This document shows positions 27,148-37,701 of a stretch of DNA of 64,000 nt, piece by piece. Made by a program: the position numbers and the translations under genes. This DNA is from a virus. The stretch is taken from positions 32,001-96,000 of the IMG/VR virus record IMGVR_UViG_3300010938_000004; one strand, given 5' to 3'. Position 1 is the stretch's first letter; the number at the start of each line of letters is the position of its first letter. Below the pieces are notes generated by a model that searched no databases, was not told the DNA's origin, and was given only the letters and a program-made list of their open reading frames with translations.

Positions 27148-30100
27148 TTGGTCCTCACCCGAGTAGCACTGTACGAGAACGAACGCGTTGACCTGGTGGA
27201 TCTTAAATCCATCGAGGCATACGCGCAGACCGACGTCCACTACCTGCTCAGGGGCGTGTACTCGCCCACGAGCTACATCCTGGGCGGCTTCCGGCTCTCT
27301 AACTATTCCGATCTGTTCGCCGCCTCTACACCGGTGAAAATCAAGGCCAGCGATGCAGCGCTCTTCCACCCAGAGGCAGCCACGCAGGCGCGTGGCTTCT
27401 ACGTCAGCGCGGGCAACGAAGACGACATCGAGGTCGCACTCTCCGCCTCTGCTACCAACTACCTTGAGCTTGATCTCAGTACGGAGACCGGCGCGCCTGA
27501 AGCCCGCGTCTTCGTGAATCCGCAGGGCTCGTCCGGAGCCGGGGAAGAGTATGAGGACGTGGTCGACGCCGCCATCTACTTGAAGCTCTCGATCACCGTC
27601 AACACCTCTGGTTTCACCTCCGGCAAGATTCCGCTGTACAAGATCGTGACGAATAGCTCGGGAGTGGCGACCTCAATCACCGACTGTCGCAGACTCCTCT
27701 TCCGATTGGGAACCGGCGGAACCACTCCGGACCCAGACGCCGTCTTCACGTGGCCGTCTGACCCCACGGCGAGCGACGCGCGTGCCGAGAATCCCTCTAC
27801 CTCCACCAGCTCGGCCGCGGCTGACGTTCCGTACGCGGGTGGTGACAAAAACATAGTGAATTTCAAGCAGTGGATGGATGCTGTCATGTCCATCTTGAAG
27901 GAGCTTGGCGGGGGTACTTACTGGTACAGCGACATAGACACTTCGATTGCGGGAGTCCTGCGACAGCTCAACACCGTAGTGGTGGGGAACACCTCCGGAG
28001 CCAAGTGGAGCTGGTCAGGATCGGCGCTTTCAATCACTGATTCGTCTGGTTCTCCCTCTTCTTCCGACAACGTCGCCAAAGTTCGAAGATTGGGCACAAG
28101 CCAAGACCTCAATCTGCGTCGCCAGGATGGCACCGCAAGCACGTCCACGATCGCCATTGCCGACGGTGAAGTGCTCTACATCACACTACCTGCGTCTGGC
28201 AACCAGAACTACAGCGGAGTAGGCTCGGGCGCTGCAAACTACAAGATCGCCACGCGGGCCGCCTTCACGCAGAATGAACTGAACTACTGGATTGCGTATC
28301 GTGAAGGCGCGCGCCTGTACGTCCGAGGCGGTATCGAGCTTGAGGCCAATGAGTCCAGTGAGATTGGCGACACGGTACCCATCACGCTTTTGAATAACAT
28401 TGGATTGGCATCTGAAATTGCGGCACCTTCTTATTCGTCTGATATTCGAGGCACTGCTGCTCAAAGCATCGTGGCGCGTGTCGGCGCCTTGACCGACGCT
28501 CTCGGCGACTACCAGGAAGATCGTTCGGCCATTCTCCGATCGGCGACTGCTTTGACCTGGTCAGGCACACAAGTCTCTTTTTCGTCTGACATTGTGCTCG
28601 ATGTGATTAACACCAAGAATGGTACCGCCAACACGTACACGGTCTCAACCGCGGGGAGTCCCATTGCTCTCTCTGACGGCCAGGTAGCGTACATCTCGGT
28701 CACCCGCGGGTCATCTGGCACTGCGTCCGTAACGGTCGGAGCGGCCACGCCGGCGCAAACGCAAGCTAATAAGGACGTGTTCGTGCTGTTCAAGCGGGTC
28801 GGCAGCGTGCTGCTTGTCCCGTTCAATAAGCAGGTATACACATCGGGTCAAATTGAGTACCTCGGCGGCTCCACACTGGGATCGATCCAAGGGCTGGGTC
28901 CGGATGATTCCATCGTCTTCGACGACTCGACGAACATCTTGTCATTCAATGCGGATAGTGGCAGCGGCAACATGCTGCTCTCGGCCGCAAAGTACATTGC
29001 GAACCGCTCTTCGACTGCAACCTTAGCCGACATCGCGTCCACCGCCACTACCTCGATTAACACTCCTGGCGTACTGGTAGCTACCACGTATACCAGTGGC
29101 CACTACATGCCCGGTATCACTTGGCACACTACAAACGAAAGCGCGACGGTTCCCAAAGCTGCTGTATTTGAATCTCATTCAGGCTCGTCCGGCTCCTCGG
29201 TTCTTATTGGAGTCACTAATACTTTTGCTTCTGGACTAAATAATTTTCACATTTTCACTGCTCGCGGACTAGAAGTAAACAGAACGGCCGCCACTGTCAT
29301 CTATGATCAGTACGTCTCATTACTACTTAGCCCTCCGCCCAGTGCGACTTACAACCAGCTCAGAGTGGCGTCAGCCACCAGCGGCTCTGATTCAACGCGA
29401 GCTGATATCTGGATCGCGACCACTTCAGCTACTTGTGGAGCGGGAGTTTACTTCGATGACTCGGCGACAGGGGAGGCGTGGTATGCAGGCAAAAGTACTA
29501 CCGCAGGCTTGTTCGCAATCGGTTACGCTGCAAATGCCACTGAGTCCAGTCGTCGTGCTGCTGCGAATTTTACTAATGCGCGACTGCTCATGAACTCGAA
29601 CGGAGTCACCGCCCTTGGTGATCAGCCTGCTATAGATACGAATTACGTCCTTTCGCTGCGCCCAACGTCTGGCAGTGATGGTGCCATTAAGCTGGTGAGC
29701 GGTAACGCAAATGCCACTCTAGCGATCGTTGCCCCAAACACAGGTTCAAGTTACATCAACGCCGTCGATGGGTCTGGGCTAAGAATCCTAGATGCGGGCT
29801 CATATGTGGCTACTTTCAATCATGACACCGTACGTGCATTTATGTCAGTCGGAACCAACAGCGCCGGTTCCGAGATCTCTCAAATCGGTCATTTCCACAA
29901 CCCGAGCGGCATATGTCGGGTACGTCTGTCAAACAACACGACGGGCACCACTGGCGGTGGCTACCTGCAAATGGGCACTGCTGACCTGGAACTCCGGAAC
30001 GAACAGAGTTCGGGTGAAATCCATATGGTGATCGATGATACGGACGGCACCCCGACTATCGCAGGAGAGTTCATTTCATCGGCATCGGGTAAGGCCTCTT

Positions 30101-30462
30101 TGGCTATCCCATTCCCCAGGACAGCGTCAGTAAGCGCAATCGGCTTTATCTCTGGCAGTAACGAAATAGCGATTTCTACTTCTTCCAGACGTTTCAAAGA
30201 AGACATCGAAGACTACACGGACATTCGCTCCGAACGGATATACGATCTCCAGCCTGTGAGATTCTGGTATAAAGGCGCCCAGGAAAAAGAGAAGGCTCCC
30301 TATCAGCCTAAATGCGTGGGTCTAATCGCAGAAGAAGTTTACAAAGTTCTGCCCGAAATCGTTCACCTGGACGCTGATATGAAGCCCTACACGGTGAAAT
30401 ACGATTTGTTGACGCTGTATCTGCTCGAAGAAGTGAAAAAGCTCAGGGAGCTTGTAAAGTAA
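27148..30462 (+). CDS. Tail fibre with C-terminal intramolecular chaperone (peptidase S74)
   Basis: SSRRFKEDI..LQPVRFWY..GLIAEEV..PEIV at C-terminus. Confidence 0.85.
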   Translation: MVLTRVALYENERVDLVDLKSIEAYAQTDVHYLLRGVYSPTSYILGGFRLSNYSDLFAASTPVKIKASDAALFHPEAATQARGFYVSAGNEDDIEVALSASATNYLELDLSTETGAPEARVFVNPQGSSGAGEEYEDVVDAAIYLKLSITVNTSGFTSGKIPLYKIVTNSSGVATSITDCRRLLFRLGTGGTTPDPDAVFTWPSDPTASDARAENPSTSTSSAAADVPYAGGDKNIVNFKQWMDAVMSILKELGGGTYWYSDIDTSIAGVLRQLNTVVVGNTSGAKWSWSGSALSITDSSGSPSSSDNVAKVRRLGTSQDLNLRRQDGTASTSTIAIADGEVLYITLPASGNQNYSGVGSGAANYKIATRAAFTQNELNYWIAYREGARLYVRGGIELEANESSEIGDTVPITLLNNIGLASEIAAPSYSSDIRGTAAQSIVARVGALTDALGDYQEDRSAILRSATALTWSGTQVSFSSDIVLDVINTKNGTANTYTVSTAGSPIALSDGQVAYISVTRGSSGTASVTVGAATPAQTQANKDVFVLFKRVGSVLLVPFNKQVYTSGQIEYLGGSTLGSIQGLGPDDSIVFDDSTNILSFNADSGSGNMLLSAAKYIANRSSTATLADIASTATTSINTPGVLVATTYTSGHYMPGITWHTTNESATVPKAAVFESHSGSSGSSVLIGVTNTFASGLNNFHIFTARGLEVNRTAATVIYDQYVSLLLSPPPSATYNQLRVASATSGSDSTRADIWIATTSATCGAGVYFDDSATGEAWYAGKSTTAGLFAIGYAANATESSRRAAANFTNARLLMNSNGVTALGDQPAIDTNYVLSLRPTSGSDGAIKLVSGNANATLAIVAPNTGSSYINAVDGSGLRILDAGSYVATFNHDTVRAFMSVGTNSAGSEISQIGHFHNPSGICRVRLSNNTTGTTGGGYLQMGTADLELRNEQSSGEIHMVIDDTDGTPTIAGEFISSASGKASLAIPFPRTASVSAIGFISGSNEIAISTSSRRFKEDIEDYTDIRSERIYDLQPVRFWYKGAQEKEKAPYQPKCVGLIAEEVYKVLPEIVHLDADMKPYTVKYDLLTLYLLEEVKKLRELVK

Positions 30463-31753
30463 CCGCGCCCTGCGGACACGCCAGCATGTTGCCGCACAAC
30501 GGCCAACAATCAGTGCTGGGCAACTCAATCTCTCGAAAAGAAGAGCGGGACTCGTAAAGTCTGGCTTTCTTCGTACTCGTAGACGCAAAGAATAGTGGGC
30601 CAGCGATAGTGTCGATCGAGTGCACAAAATACCAATAGGGAGAGATCCATAGCGAATCCCCGCCTCTGCCCACGAGCTGTTTGTATCCAGGGTAAAACAC
30701 CTCCCCTGCTACGCTGACTGGTCGCTGCAGCGTGTAATCATCGTAGTTCTCACCCAGCGCGGGGCTAGAGCCGCAAACCTGGCGAAGCTCTTCCACGGAG
30801 CTATTCCTGTAAAGCCCATCGGCATAGCGGACTTTCTTGACTTCAAGATTGGGCCAAGAAAGCTCCATAATCTGCCCGCTGTAGGTGGATGCTACGTACA
30901 GTGTGTCGCCCTCGAACAAGAGCCCATAGGGCATATTCCATCTCTCTTTTCCGGGCCCATTTCGTCCCACCACGTATCTAAACGCTAAGTCTGGAACCGT
31001 AAATTCCTGGATCATCCCGTTGTGGGCATCTGAGATCAGGACAGTGTCGTCGCTGGGCCCAGGCACCGTGGCCACCGGCCACAAAAAGGAGCCTGGCTCC
31101 CACCCGCGAGAAACTCGCCGGTTAATCAGCTCTCCAGTGGCGAGCGACCAGACGGATATACTCCTATCGCCGAGGCTCGTTCCCACTACGTAATCTCCCA
31201 CAATCGTGCCGCTGTGCGCATTGGGCGTATCCTGCGACCATAAGAAGGACCCATCAAGCAAATTGAAGACACTGACCGAATGGCTGTCGTAGCTCCCAAT
31301 CACTAAGCGATCGCCTTTTACGAACACGCTCTCAGGCGAGACGAGCGATCGGTGGGTAATTTGTCCTTCCAAAACGAGGGAATCTCCCCGAACCTTGAAC
31401 CACAGTACGTTGTTGTGCGGGTAGCTGGCCACGTATAGCAGCTCAGTCTCGCGATGCCAAAATAGGCCGGTGGGCGCCCATGCTGAAATTCTGCTTCCAT
31501 CCGACAACTCAGGGGTAAGCTTCCTGGTGTTCGGCCCATCTAGGTCCATCACGTCCTGGTAGTTGGCCGCGAGCAACCTGCCCTCCACCTTGGCCAAGGA
31601 AACGAAGTACGGGTGGGCGACTTTGCCCATGGAGACATACTGCGTATGCTCGGTAAAAATGGGTAGGATCTCTTGGAACCCGGCATTGTTATTTCGACCG
31701 CAGCTCAACAGTAAGAGCGCACAGGACAAAAGCAGCGTTATCCCATAACGCAT
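30443..31753 (-). CDS. Beta-propeller lipoprotein (NHL/YVTN-like)
   Basis: MRYG..LLLLSC lipobox-like signal; repeated P.G/LYVAS/SVSVF blades. Confidence 0.7.
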   Translation of the reverse strand: MRYGITLLLSCALLLLSCGRNNNAGFQEILPIFTEHTQYVSMGKVAHPYFVSLAKVEGRLLAANYQDVMDLDGPNTRKLTPELSDGSRISAWAPTGLFWHRETELLYVASYPHNNVLWFKVRGDSLVLEGQITHRSLVSPESVFVKGDRLVIGSYDSHSVSVFNLLDGSFLWSQDTPNAHSGTIVGDYVVGTSLGDRSISVWSLATGELINRRVSRGWEPGSFLWPVATVPGPSDDTVLISDAHNGMIQEFTVPDLAFRYVVGRNGPGKERWNMPYGLLFEGDTLYVASTYSGQIMELSWPNLEVKKVRYADGLYRNSSVEELRQVCGSSPALGENYDDYTLQRPVSVAGEVFYPGYKQLVGRGGDSLWISPYWYFVHSIDTIAGPLFFASTSTKKARLYESRSSFREIELPSTDCWPLCGNMLACPQGAVTLQAP

Positions 31754-31885
31754 CTGGGTTGCGGGAAGCTTCAGGTCTTTACGGTTCACCCCTGCCTCCA
31801 TCCAAGTCTACGCCAGCATTGCGCAATGGCCGCCCAGGTAGGGCTTTCTTCTCTCCTCGTCTTTGTGCTTGCGCCCTTTGGGCGC

Positions 31886-32215
31886 CTATTCCAATGATTC
31901 CAAAAGCGTAGACAACTTGCTCTTGCGCTTCTCTAGGGACCGGAGCGCTTTTTCAATTTTCTTTTTCCCAGCCTTGACCGCTTCCTCTCTAGAAAAGAAA
32001 CAAGTCCGGCCAATTATCTCCTGACGTCGGTGGCTGTAGCGGCCCTGATGATAGGCATATGACGAATCATCTGTTGTTTCGACATGTAGAGGTTCGATCC
32101 CTTGAGTCTCTACGTACTTAATCGAGTAAACCAGTTGAGTTTTTGTGCTTTTCATTTCAATTTCCCTTGCCCTGCCATCGCTCAGCATTACACCATAAAA
32201 GATCCGATAAGTCAA
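31886..32215 (-). CDS. Hypothetical protein
   Basis: 109 aa; FFSREEA + coiled coil. Confidence 0.6.
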   Translation of the reverse strand: MTYRIFYGVMLSDGRAREIEMKSTKTQLVYSIKYVETQGIEPLHVETTDDSSYAYHQGRYSHRRQEIIGRTCFFSREEAVKAGKKKIEKALRSLEKRKSKLSTLLESLE

Positions 32216-32300
32216 ACTTCAAGCATATTAAGCGCATACGCGCCTACTTGTATCAGTCGCGCTTCTGTAAATATCCTATCGTCGTTAATAAGGAGAAAGC

Positions 32301-32753
32301 ATGGCGCAAAGAGAAAAAGAATCGAAAAAGGTCGACAAAAAGGCGCAATCTGCCCAGGGAAAAATTACGATCGGCCAGATTCAGGATCTCTCCTTTCAAA
32401 AGGCCATCATGCGTTTGAGCAATTGCGAGAATCTCAAGATCGCCACGGCCTTTAAGGCCAAGCGGCTCCTCAAAGCCGTGCGAGATGAAGTCGGCGCTTT
32501 CGAAGAAATCCGCGTCAAAACTTTGGAGTCTCTGGCAGAAAAAGACCAAGACGGAAAAGTCCTATTCGAGGACGACAGCAAGTCCCACTACAAACTTAGT
32601 CCAGAAAACAGAGCGATCTTCACTGCCAAGCTAGAGGAAGCCAAGGACGTGGTCGTGGCCCTGCCTCCTCTTCAGTTCACGCTCGAAGAGCTGGAAGGCA
32701 GCAAGCTCTCTGGCTCCGACCTGCTGGCCCTTGAGCCTTTCATCAAAGAATAA
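32301..32753 (+). CDS. Hypothetical protein
   Basis: SD AAGGAG; charged helical. Confidence 0.75.
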   Translation: MAQREKESKKVDKKAQSAQGKITIGQIQDLSFQKAIMRLSNCENLKIATAFKAKRLLKAVRDEVGAFEEIRVKTLESLAEKDQDGKVLFEDDSKSHYKLSPENRAIFTAKLEEAKDVVVALPPLQFTLEELEGSKLSGSDLLALEPFIKE

Positions 32754-32926
32754 AGATACTTATAACTTGTAAGTATTACTTAACTGTTCGCTCTCGCCCA
32801 CTGTTCATTTTAAGTGAACACTTAGACCCCATCTAACAGTTCGGCCCAACGGCTTCTTGGTCGCTGTGTGCTAACATGTGTATGTGCGTTTCGAGACAAG
32901 AAGCATACTTTGAGGACGTCTAACCC

Positions 32927-33424
32927 GTGAAGCATATCAAGGACTTAGCCATAGACCTCCTGACGCTGGGTAAGGACCAGGCGCTAAGCGCCTTGACACT
33001 GTGCATAGCATTCTTTGCCCCCGTGCATAGGGTGGTGTTCTTCACCGCAGTGCTGGTGATCGTAGACATGATTACCGGTATACGGGCCGCCTGTGCCCGC
33101 GGAGAGCAGATCCGCAGCCACAAGATAGCGCGAAGTATCACGAAGCTTTTCCACTACCTGGTGGTGATATGTGTGGCATTCATCGTCCAAAGAGAATTTT
33201 TGCTAAGCGCGTGGCTGGTTCAAATCGTCTCTGGCGTAGTCGCAGCCGCTGAGCTGAAGAGCGTGCTTGAAAATCTAGAAGAAGCTGATGGTAGCGACGT
33301 GTGGTCCAAGCTATGGAAGAGGCTTGCCCCCCAATGGGAGAAGCGCGAAGAAGAAGTCAGGCGGACCCTTAATGAGCCGCCCCGTCGCAAGAAGGCTAAA
33401 TTCAAAGCCAAAACTAAAAGCTAA
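32927..33424 (+). CDS. Holin (phage holin family 4-like)
   Basis: VDMITG..AA..IRS.K..RS.TK, several TM segments, ELKSVLEN, basic tail. Confidence 0.8.
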   Translation: MKHIKDLAIDLLTLGKDQALSALTLCIAFFAPVHRVVFFTAVLVIVDMITGIRAACARGEQIRSHKIARSITKLFHYLVVICVAFIVQREFLLSAWLVQIVSGVVAAAELKSVLENLEEADGSDVWSKLWKRLAPQWEKREEEVRRTLNEPPRRKKAKFKAKTKS

Positions 33425-33425
33425 G

Positions 33426-33624
33426 AAGCCGTGAACCTCCTTGTAAGAAATATAGCCTCATGGAGACCTCCCGTCAGGCTTCTGGACGCATCTAGCTCTG
33501 TGCTACCCACTGGTACCAGCGCCACGATCGACGGCGTAGTCGTCGTAAATGGCGACCGAGTACTTTTCACCAACCTTTCCTCGAACAACAACCGAGTGTA
33601 TGTGGTGTCTGGGGTGGGAACCGC
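33426..33624 (+). repeat. 199-bp exact direct repeat, copy 1
   Basis: Identical by eye to 34954-35152. Confidence 0.92.
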
Positions 33625-34951
33625 GCTGCTCTGGACTCTTGAAACCGACGGTAAGAACGGCGATGGCTCCCCGGCCGACGGCGATCTTGTTTATGTGCAG
33701 GAGGGAGCTGCAAGCGGAGATTTGACCTGGGGCTATACCGGCACGTCCTGGATCAAAACGAACCCCATCTCGAATGCTGACGTAATTTCAAAAGTCCTCA
33801 CTGGCTTTTCGGCTTCAGCCGGAACTGTTGCTGCATCAGACACCATTCTTCAGGCTTTCAATAAACTGGTCGGTAACGTCGGGCTGAAGCTGGACATAAG
33901 CGCACTTACGGATGCCGCCGTCACCAGCAAGGTGCTGACTGGATTCTCCGCAGGCGCCGGGACAGTCGCTGCGACCGATACGATCCTTTCTGCGTTCAAT
34001 AAACTCGATGGCAATATCGCTACCAAACAAGCGGCGGGAAACTACATCACTGCGCTTACGGGCGACGTCACCGCGATCGGGCCGGGTTCGGCTGCGGCAT
34101 CTATTGCAAATTCTACCGTGACGGGCAAGACAATCACCGGGTTCTCGTCCACGCGCGGAAGCATTACGGGGTCCGACACAATTCTTTCTGCCATCAATAA
34201 ACTTCACGGCAATTTCGAGTCCGTGAACTCGTTCTACGGATACCGTTACCAGACCAAGCGGTTTTTCGACTTTGACAGCCCGACCCTTCAAGTCGTGACA
34301 AATGCCTCGAATGGATCGGGCGCCAGTAACTCATTCACTACCGTTTTACCTACGGGCGCACGTCCTGGCGTTTACACTCAGATTAGCGGCACAACTAGCA
34401 CGGGCTCAGCGGGGGTTTCTTCGGGCGACAATTTGATCTTGGACCCTGCGGTAGCGGTCACCCACACATTCGTAGTCGGCTTTCGGATCCCTGAACTCTC
34501 TGCTCTGAATCAGGACTTCCACACCGTAATCGGACTTTCCAATACGTCCTTCTCCGGCTCGACTCATGCAACTTCTGGGATCTTCCTAGACTACGATCGG
34601 CTTACTTACGGCGACCACGACGCGCGGTGGGTTGTTCTTCATGGAGGCGTGAGTACCATTCAGGCGGCTGGCATCACGATAGCGGCTGGGACATGGTATC
34701 GAGCAACGATTGTCATTACGACTGGATCGGGTTCGGCGTCGGTATCAATGATGCTCGAAAACATGACCGATATAATTCCTGGGACGGCCTGTAGTGCTAC
34801 TGAGGCCAGCACTGGGTTCCCCCCCAACACGCAGGCCCTTCGCTTTGGCGGCGGCGGGATCAAACGATCAGGCACTGCCTCCAAGCAGATGAGCGCGTTC
34901 GACTACGTTCTTTGGGACACAAATTGGTTAGGGGTCGGGAACATTCGATGA
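33431..34951 (+). CDS. Tail fibre/receptor-binding protein A
   Basis: IDGV..GDRVL anchor, three TGFS..DTIL.A.NKL.GN repeats, lectin-like beta C-terminus. Confidence 0.75.
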   Translation: MNLLVRNIASWRPPVRLLDASSSVLPTGTSATIDGVVVVNGDRVLFTNLSSNNNRVYVVSGVGTALLWTLETDGKNGDGSPADGDLVYVQEGAASGDLTWGYTGTSWIKTNPISNADVISKVLTGFSASAGTVAASDTILQAFNKLVGNVGLKLDISALTDAAVTSKVLTGFSAGAGTVAATDTILSAFNKLDGNIATKQAAGNYITALTGDVTAIGPGSAAASIANSTVTGKTITGFSSTRGSITGSDTILSAINKLHGNFESVNSFYGYRYQTKRFFDFDSPTLQVVTNASNGSGASNSFTTVLPTGARPGVYTQISGTTSTGSAGVSSGDNLILDPAVAVTHTFVVGFRIPELSALNQDFHTVIGLSNTSFSGSTHATSGIFLDYDRLTYGDHDARWVVLHGGVSTIQAAGITIAAGTWYRATIVITTGSGSASVSMMLENMTDIIPGTACSATEASTGFPPNTQALRFGGGGIKRSGTASKQMSAFDYVLWDTNWLGVGNIR

Positions 34952-34953
34952 TA

Positions 34954-35152
34954 AAGCCGTGAACCTCCTTGTAAGAAATATAGCCTCATGGAGACCTCCC
35001 GTCAGGCTTCTGGACGCATCTAGCTCTGTGCTACCCACTGGTACCAGCGCCACGATCGACGGCGTAGTCGTCGTAAATGGCGACCGAGTACTTTTCACCA
35101 ACCTTTCCTCGAACAACAACCGAGTGTATGTGGTGTCTGGGGTGGGAACCGC
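34954..35152 (+). repeat. 199-bp exact direct repeat, copy 2
   Basis: Identical by eye to 33426-33624. Confidence 0.92.
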
Positions 35153-37133
35153 ATTAGCCTGGCAAGTCCAAGCCGAAGGTCAGGCGGGCAGTGGAGCGCC
35201 CACGGACGGCGATGTCTTAGATGTCCAAGAGGGTGAGACTTATGCGGACCGCATACTGCAGTACACAGGGACCGCGTGGGCAAGCATTACCTCTACTGAT
35301 ATGGTTACCGGCCCTGCCTCGGCCACTGCCAATGCGGTGGCCCGATTCAGCGGGCCTACCGGCAAAATTATCAAAAACAGCGGGGTCCTGATCGATGACG
35401 CTGACAACATGACGGGAGTGGCCAGCCTGAAGATAGGGGCTGGCGCACTAGATTCCTCCGCCATTGCGCAGTTTACTTCTACCACTAAGGGTTTCTTGCC
35501 GCCCTCTATGACCACTACGCAGAGAGATGCTATAGACACTCCCGCTCCTGGTCTGTTTCTGTTCAACAACATCACCGCTGCTTTGAACTATTACAGCGGA
35601 AGCGCATGGACTGCCCTGCAGCGGGACTTGCTATTAACCCTAACTGCGAACGAGGACCTCCTGGTCCGACGTTCTGGTGTCCTGGCTCGTCTCGCCGTTG
35701 GTTCCGATGGACAGGTCTTGACCATAGTCGGAGGTCAGGTCGCGTGGGGTTCTTCGTCGAGTGGTGTCACGACGGTCGGTGCGTTCGGTTCCTCTCCCAA
35801 CTCAGCCGGTGCTTTGGTCAGTGGTTCTACCTTGACCCTACAGCCTGCGGACGCCTCCAACCCCGGAGGGGTTAGTACCGCGGCACAGACCTTCGCGGGC
35901 GCGAAGACTTTCGCCGCGAAGCCGGTTTTCCCGCAAGGACTCCTCCAGGGAGTCCGCGGCTCCGACACGACGAGCTTATCTTGGTCGGGCGCAACCAGCG
36001 CACAGTCCGGGCTGACGTTCTACACGACTGGTGGCGCCGACTTTATGGCGGCCCTCTCGCAAGGGTACCGTGTTTTCGAGACGACCTACCGCGCCGCTAC
36101 GGACAGACAAGAAGTCATCCTCAATAGCAAAACGATGCTTGGATACGACCCGTCGGCTGAGGTCGAGTCTCGCATCCTGGGCGGTCGCTCCTCGCTTTCG
36201 GACAGTACCGGCGGGTTTCTTTCGGCAAACATCGGTCAGCAGGTACCTGGCACCGGCAACGCCGGTATCCACATGATTAACTCGAACGACTGGTCCATCA
36301 CCAATACCAGCAGCTACGGCCTGCGGTTCCTGATGGGGTATGCGTCGAACTACGGGTTGGTGCTCTACGGCTCGAACTTCCAATTCGGTTGGGCGTCAGA
36401 CGGTGGTGGCGGAATCGGTCTTTCGTGTTCATCCCCGAACGCCATATCCGACACGCGCCCGAGCCACGTAGTCGCCAAGTACGCTTTTGCGGCAGGATAC
36501 GCGAACGGCAAGACCGGACTAGGTTCTACGGTCGAAGGGTTCTTCGGACCGGCTGGTACGCTGGCCAACCCCGCGTTCACATCGCACACCGACACGAACA
36601 CCGGCATGTACTTTCCGGCAGCAGATACGGTTGGCGTTTCAGCTGGTGGCATTGGTGTAGTGCAATTTGATGCCGGTGGGCCTGGCAGTAATCGGCGTCT
36701 TACGTCGGTTGCTGCGAGTCAGGATCTTTATATTTCTGCGTCTGCCAACTTATATCTTGGCGTTCAAAACATCCAAGAGATGATGCGCTTCTTGGCCACG
36801 GATTCTGGGCAGGTCATCGTATACCGACCGCTGCGCATGAACATTAACAGTGAGGGTCCTGGGCGTACGTCCTATTCCTTCAACAATCACCCGGACGGTG
36901 GTCTGGGGTATATCTCGTCGACGGTACTTGGCCTGTCTACCGCTGGAGCGTGGCGCATGCAGTGGAAGTCTGGCGTGGCGTTTGTCAACGCCGCAGCTTC
37001 TGCAGAGTCTACTGGCGCTGGAACCCCTTTACTCGGAACTAACTGTCCCGCCAGCACGCTTACAGCTCCGTACACCTGGCTGAAGGTGGAGACGTCGGAC
37101 GGTTCGACCGTCTACATCCCGGCGTGGAAATAA
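34959..37133 (+). CDS. Tail fibre/receptor-binding protein B
   Basis: Same anchor as A; STTKGFLPP.MTTTQRDAI, DTNTGMYFP fibre motifs. Confidence 0.75.
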   Translation: MNLLVRNIASWRPPVRLLDASSSVLPTGTSATIDGVVVVNGDRVLFTNLSSNNNRVYVVSGVGTALAWQVQAEGQAGSGAPTDGDVLDVQEGETYADRILQYTGTAWASITSTDMVTGPASATANAVARFSGPTGKIIKNSGVLIDDADNMTGVASLKIGAGALDSSAIAQFTSTTKGFLPPSMTTTQRDAIDTPAPGLFLFNNITAALNYYSGSAWTALQRDLLLTLTANEDLLVRRSGVLARLAVGSDGQVLTIVGGQVAWGSSSSGVTTVGAFGSSPNSAGALVSGSTLTLQPADASNPGGVSTAAQTFAGAKTFAAKPVFPQGLLQGVRGSDTTSLSWSGATSAQSGLTFYTTGGADFMAALSQGYRVFETTYRAATDRQEVILNSKTMLGYDPSAEVESRILGGRSSLSDSTGGFLSANIGQQVPGTGNAGIHMINSNDWSITNTSSYGLRFLMGYASNYGLVLYGSNFQFGWASDGGGGIGLSCSSPNAISDTRPSHVVAKYAFAAGYANGKTGLGSTVEGFFGPAGTLANPAFTSHTDTNTGMYFPAADTVGVSAGGIGVVQFDAGGPGSNRRLTSVAASQDLYISASANLYLGVQNIQEMMRFLATDSGQVIVYRPLRMNINSEGPGRTSYSFNNHPDGGLGYISSTVLGLSTAGAWRMQWKSGVAFVNAAASAESTGAGTPLLGTNCPASTLTAPYTWLKVETSDGSTVYIPAWK

Positions 37134-37143
37134 CGCTTGGTGA

Positions 37144-37701
37144 CTAGTTGAACACGTCAGGCTTATTCGGCCTCACTCGTTCGAAGAGTTCCTTTTCAGA
37201 CATTTTTGCAGACTGAGCCAGTGCTTGTACCAAAAAGCCAAAAAACGACGCTGCCTCTTCCTTAGTGAAGTAGAGGCTATGACGATACTCCGCCTCTATG
37301 TTGTCTCCGATCAGCACCATCATCTTGAGCTTCGCACGGTTAGCCTCATGCCCCAGCTCTTCTACCTTGCGCGCTAACTCTGGGAAAGCGACCAAAATTG
37401 ACTGAGCGCACGGATTGGGGCTAACTTGCTCCATGTACTTCTCCTTCAACGCTTCGAAGAAGCCGATCATGGCCTGAAGAGGCGGGTTATTGGCCTTAAC
37501 TGCCGCGTCGATCATTGTTGCAATTGCAGGTTGCAAGAAATTCAGATCGGCAGTAGATGATACCATGGTTACTTTTTGATCTTCTGGCTTGCCAAATGCC
37601 AATGCCAAGTTAAACCCCATATCTTTGATCTGGCCCATGGTGTATTTAATCAGCTCTAAAAGAGCCCCCTGGCCGGGTGTTTGTTTTTCTTCTTTGCTCA
37701 T
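37144..37701 (-). CDS. Hypothetical protein
   Basis: ATG 37701 overlaps the helicase stop, GAGG SD. Confidence 0.65.
   Translation of the reverse strand: MSKEEKQTPGQGALLELIKYTMGQIKDMGFNLALAFGKPEDQKVTMVSSTADLNFLQPAIATMIDAAVKANNPPLQAMIGFFEALKEKYMEQVSPNPCAQSILVAFPELARKVEELGHEANRAKLKMMVLIGDNIEAEYRHSLYFTKEEAASFFGFLVQALAQSAKMSEKELFERVRPNKPDVFN

Noticed and set aside
33426-35152. Diversity-generating retroelement or invertase shufflon
   Set aside because: Copies are identical (no adenine-specific changes), direct, at 5' ends; no reverse transcriptase or invertase seen
6198-37133. Extracellular contractile injection system or tailocin
   Set aside because: Terminase, portal and a full replication module in the same window indicate a phage
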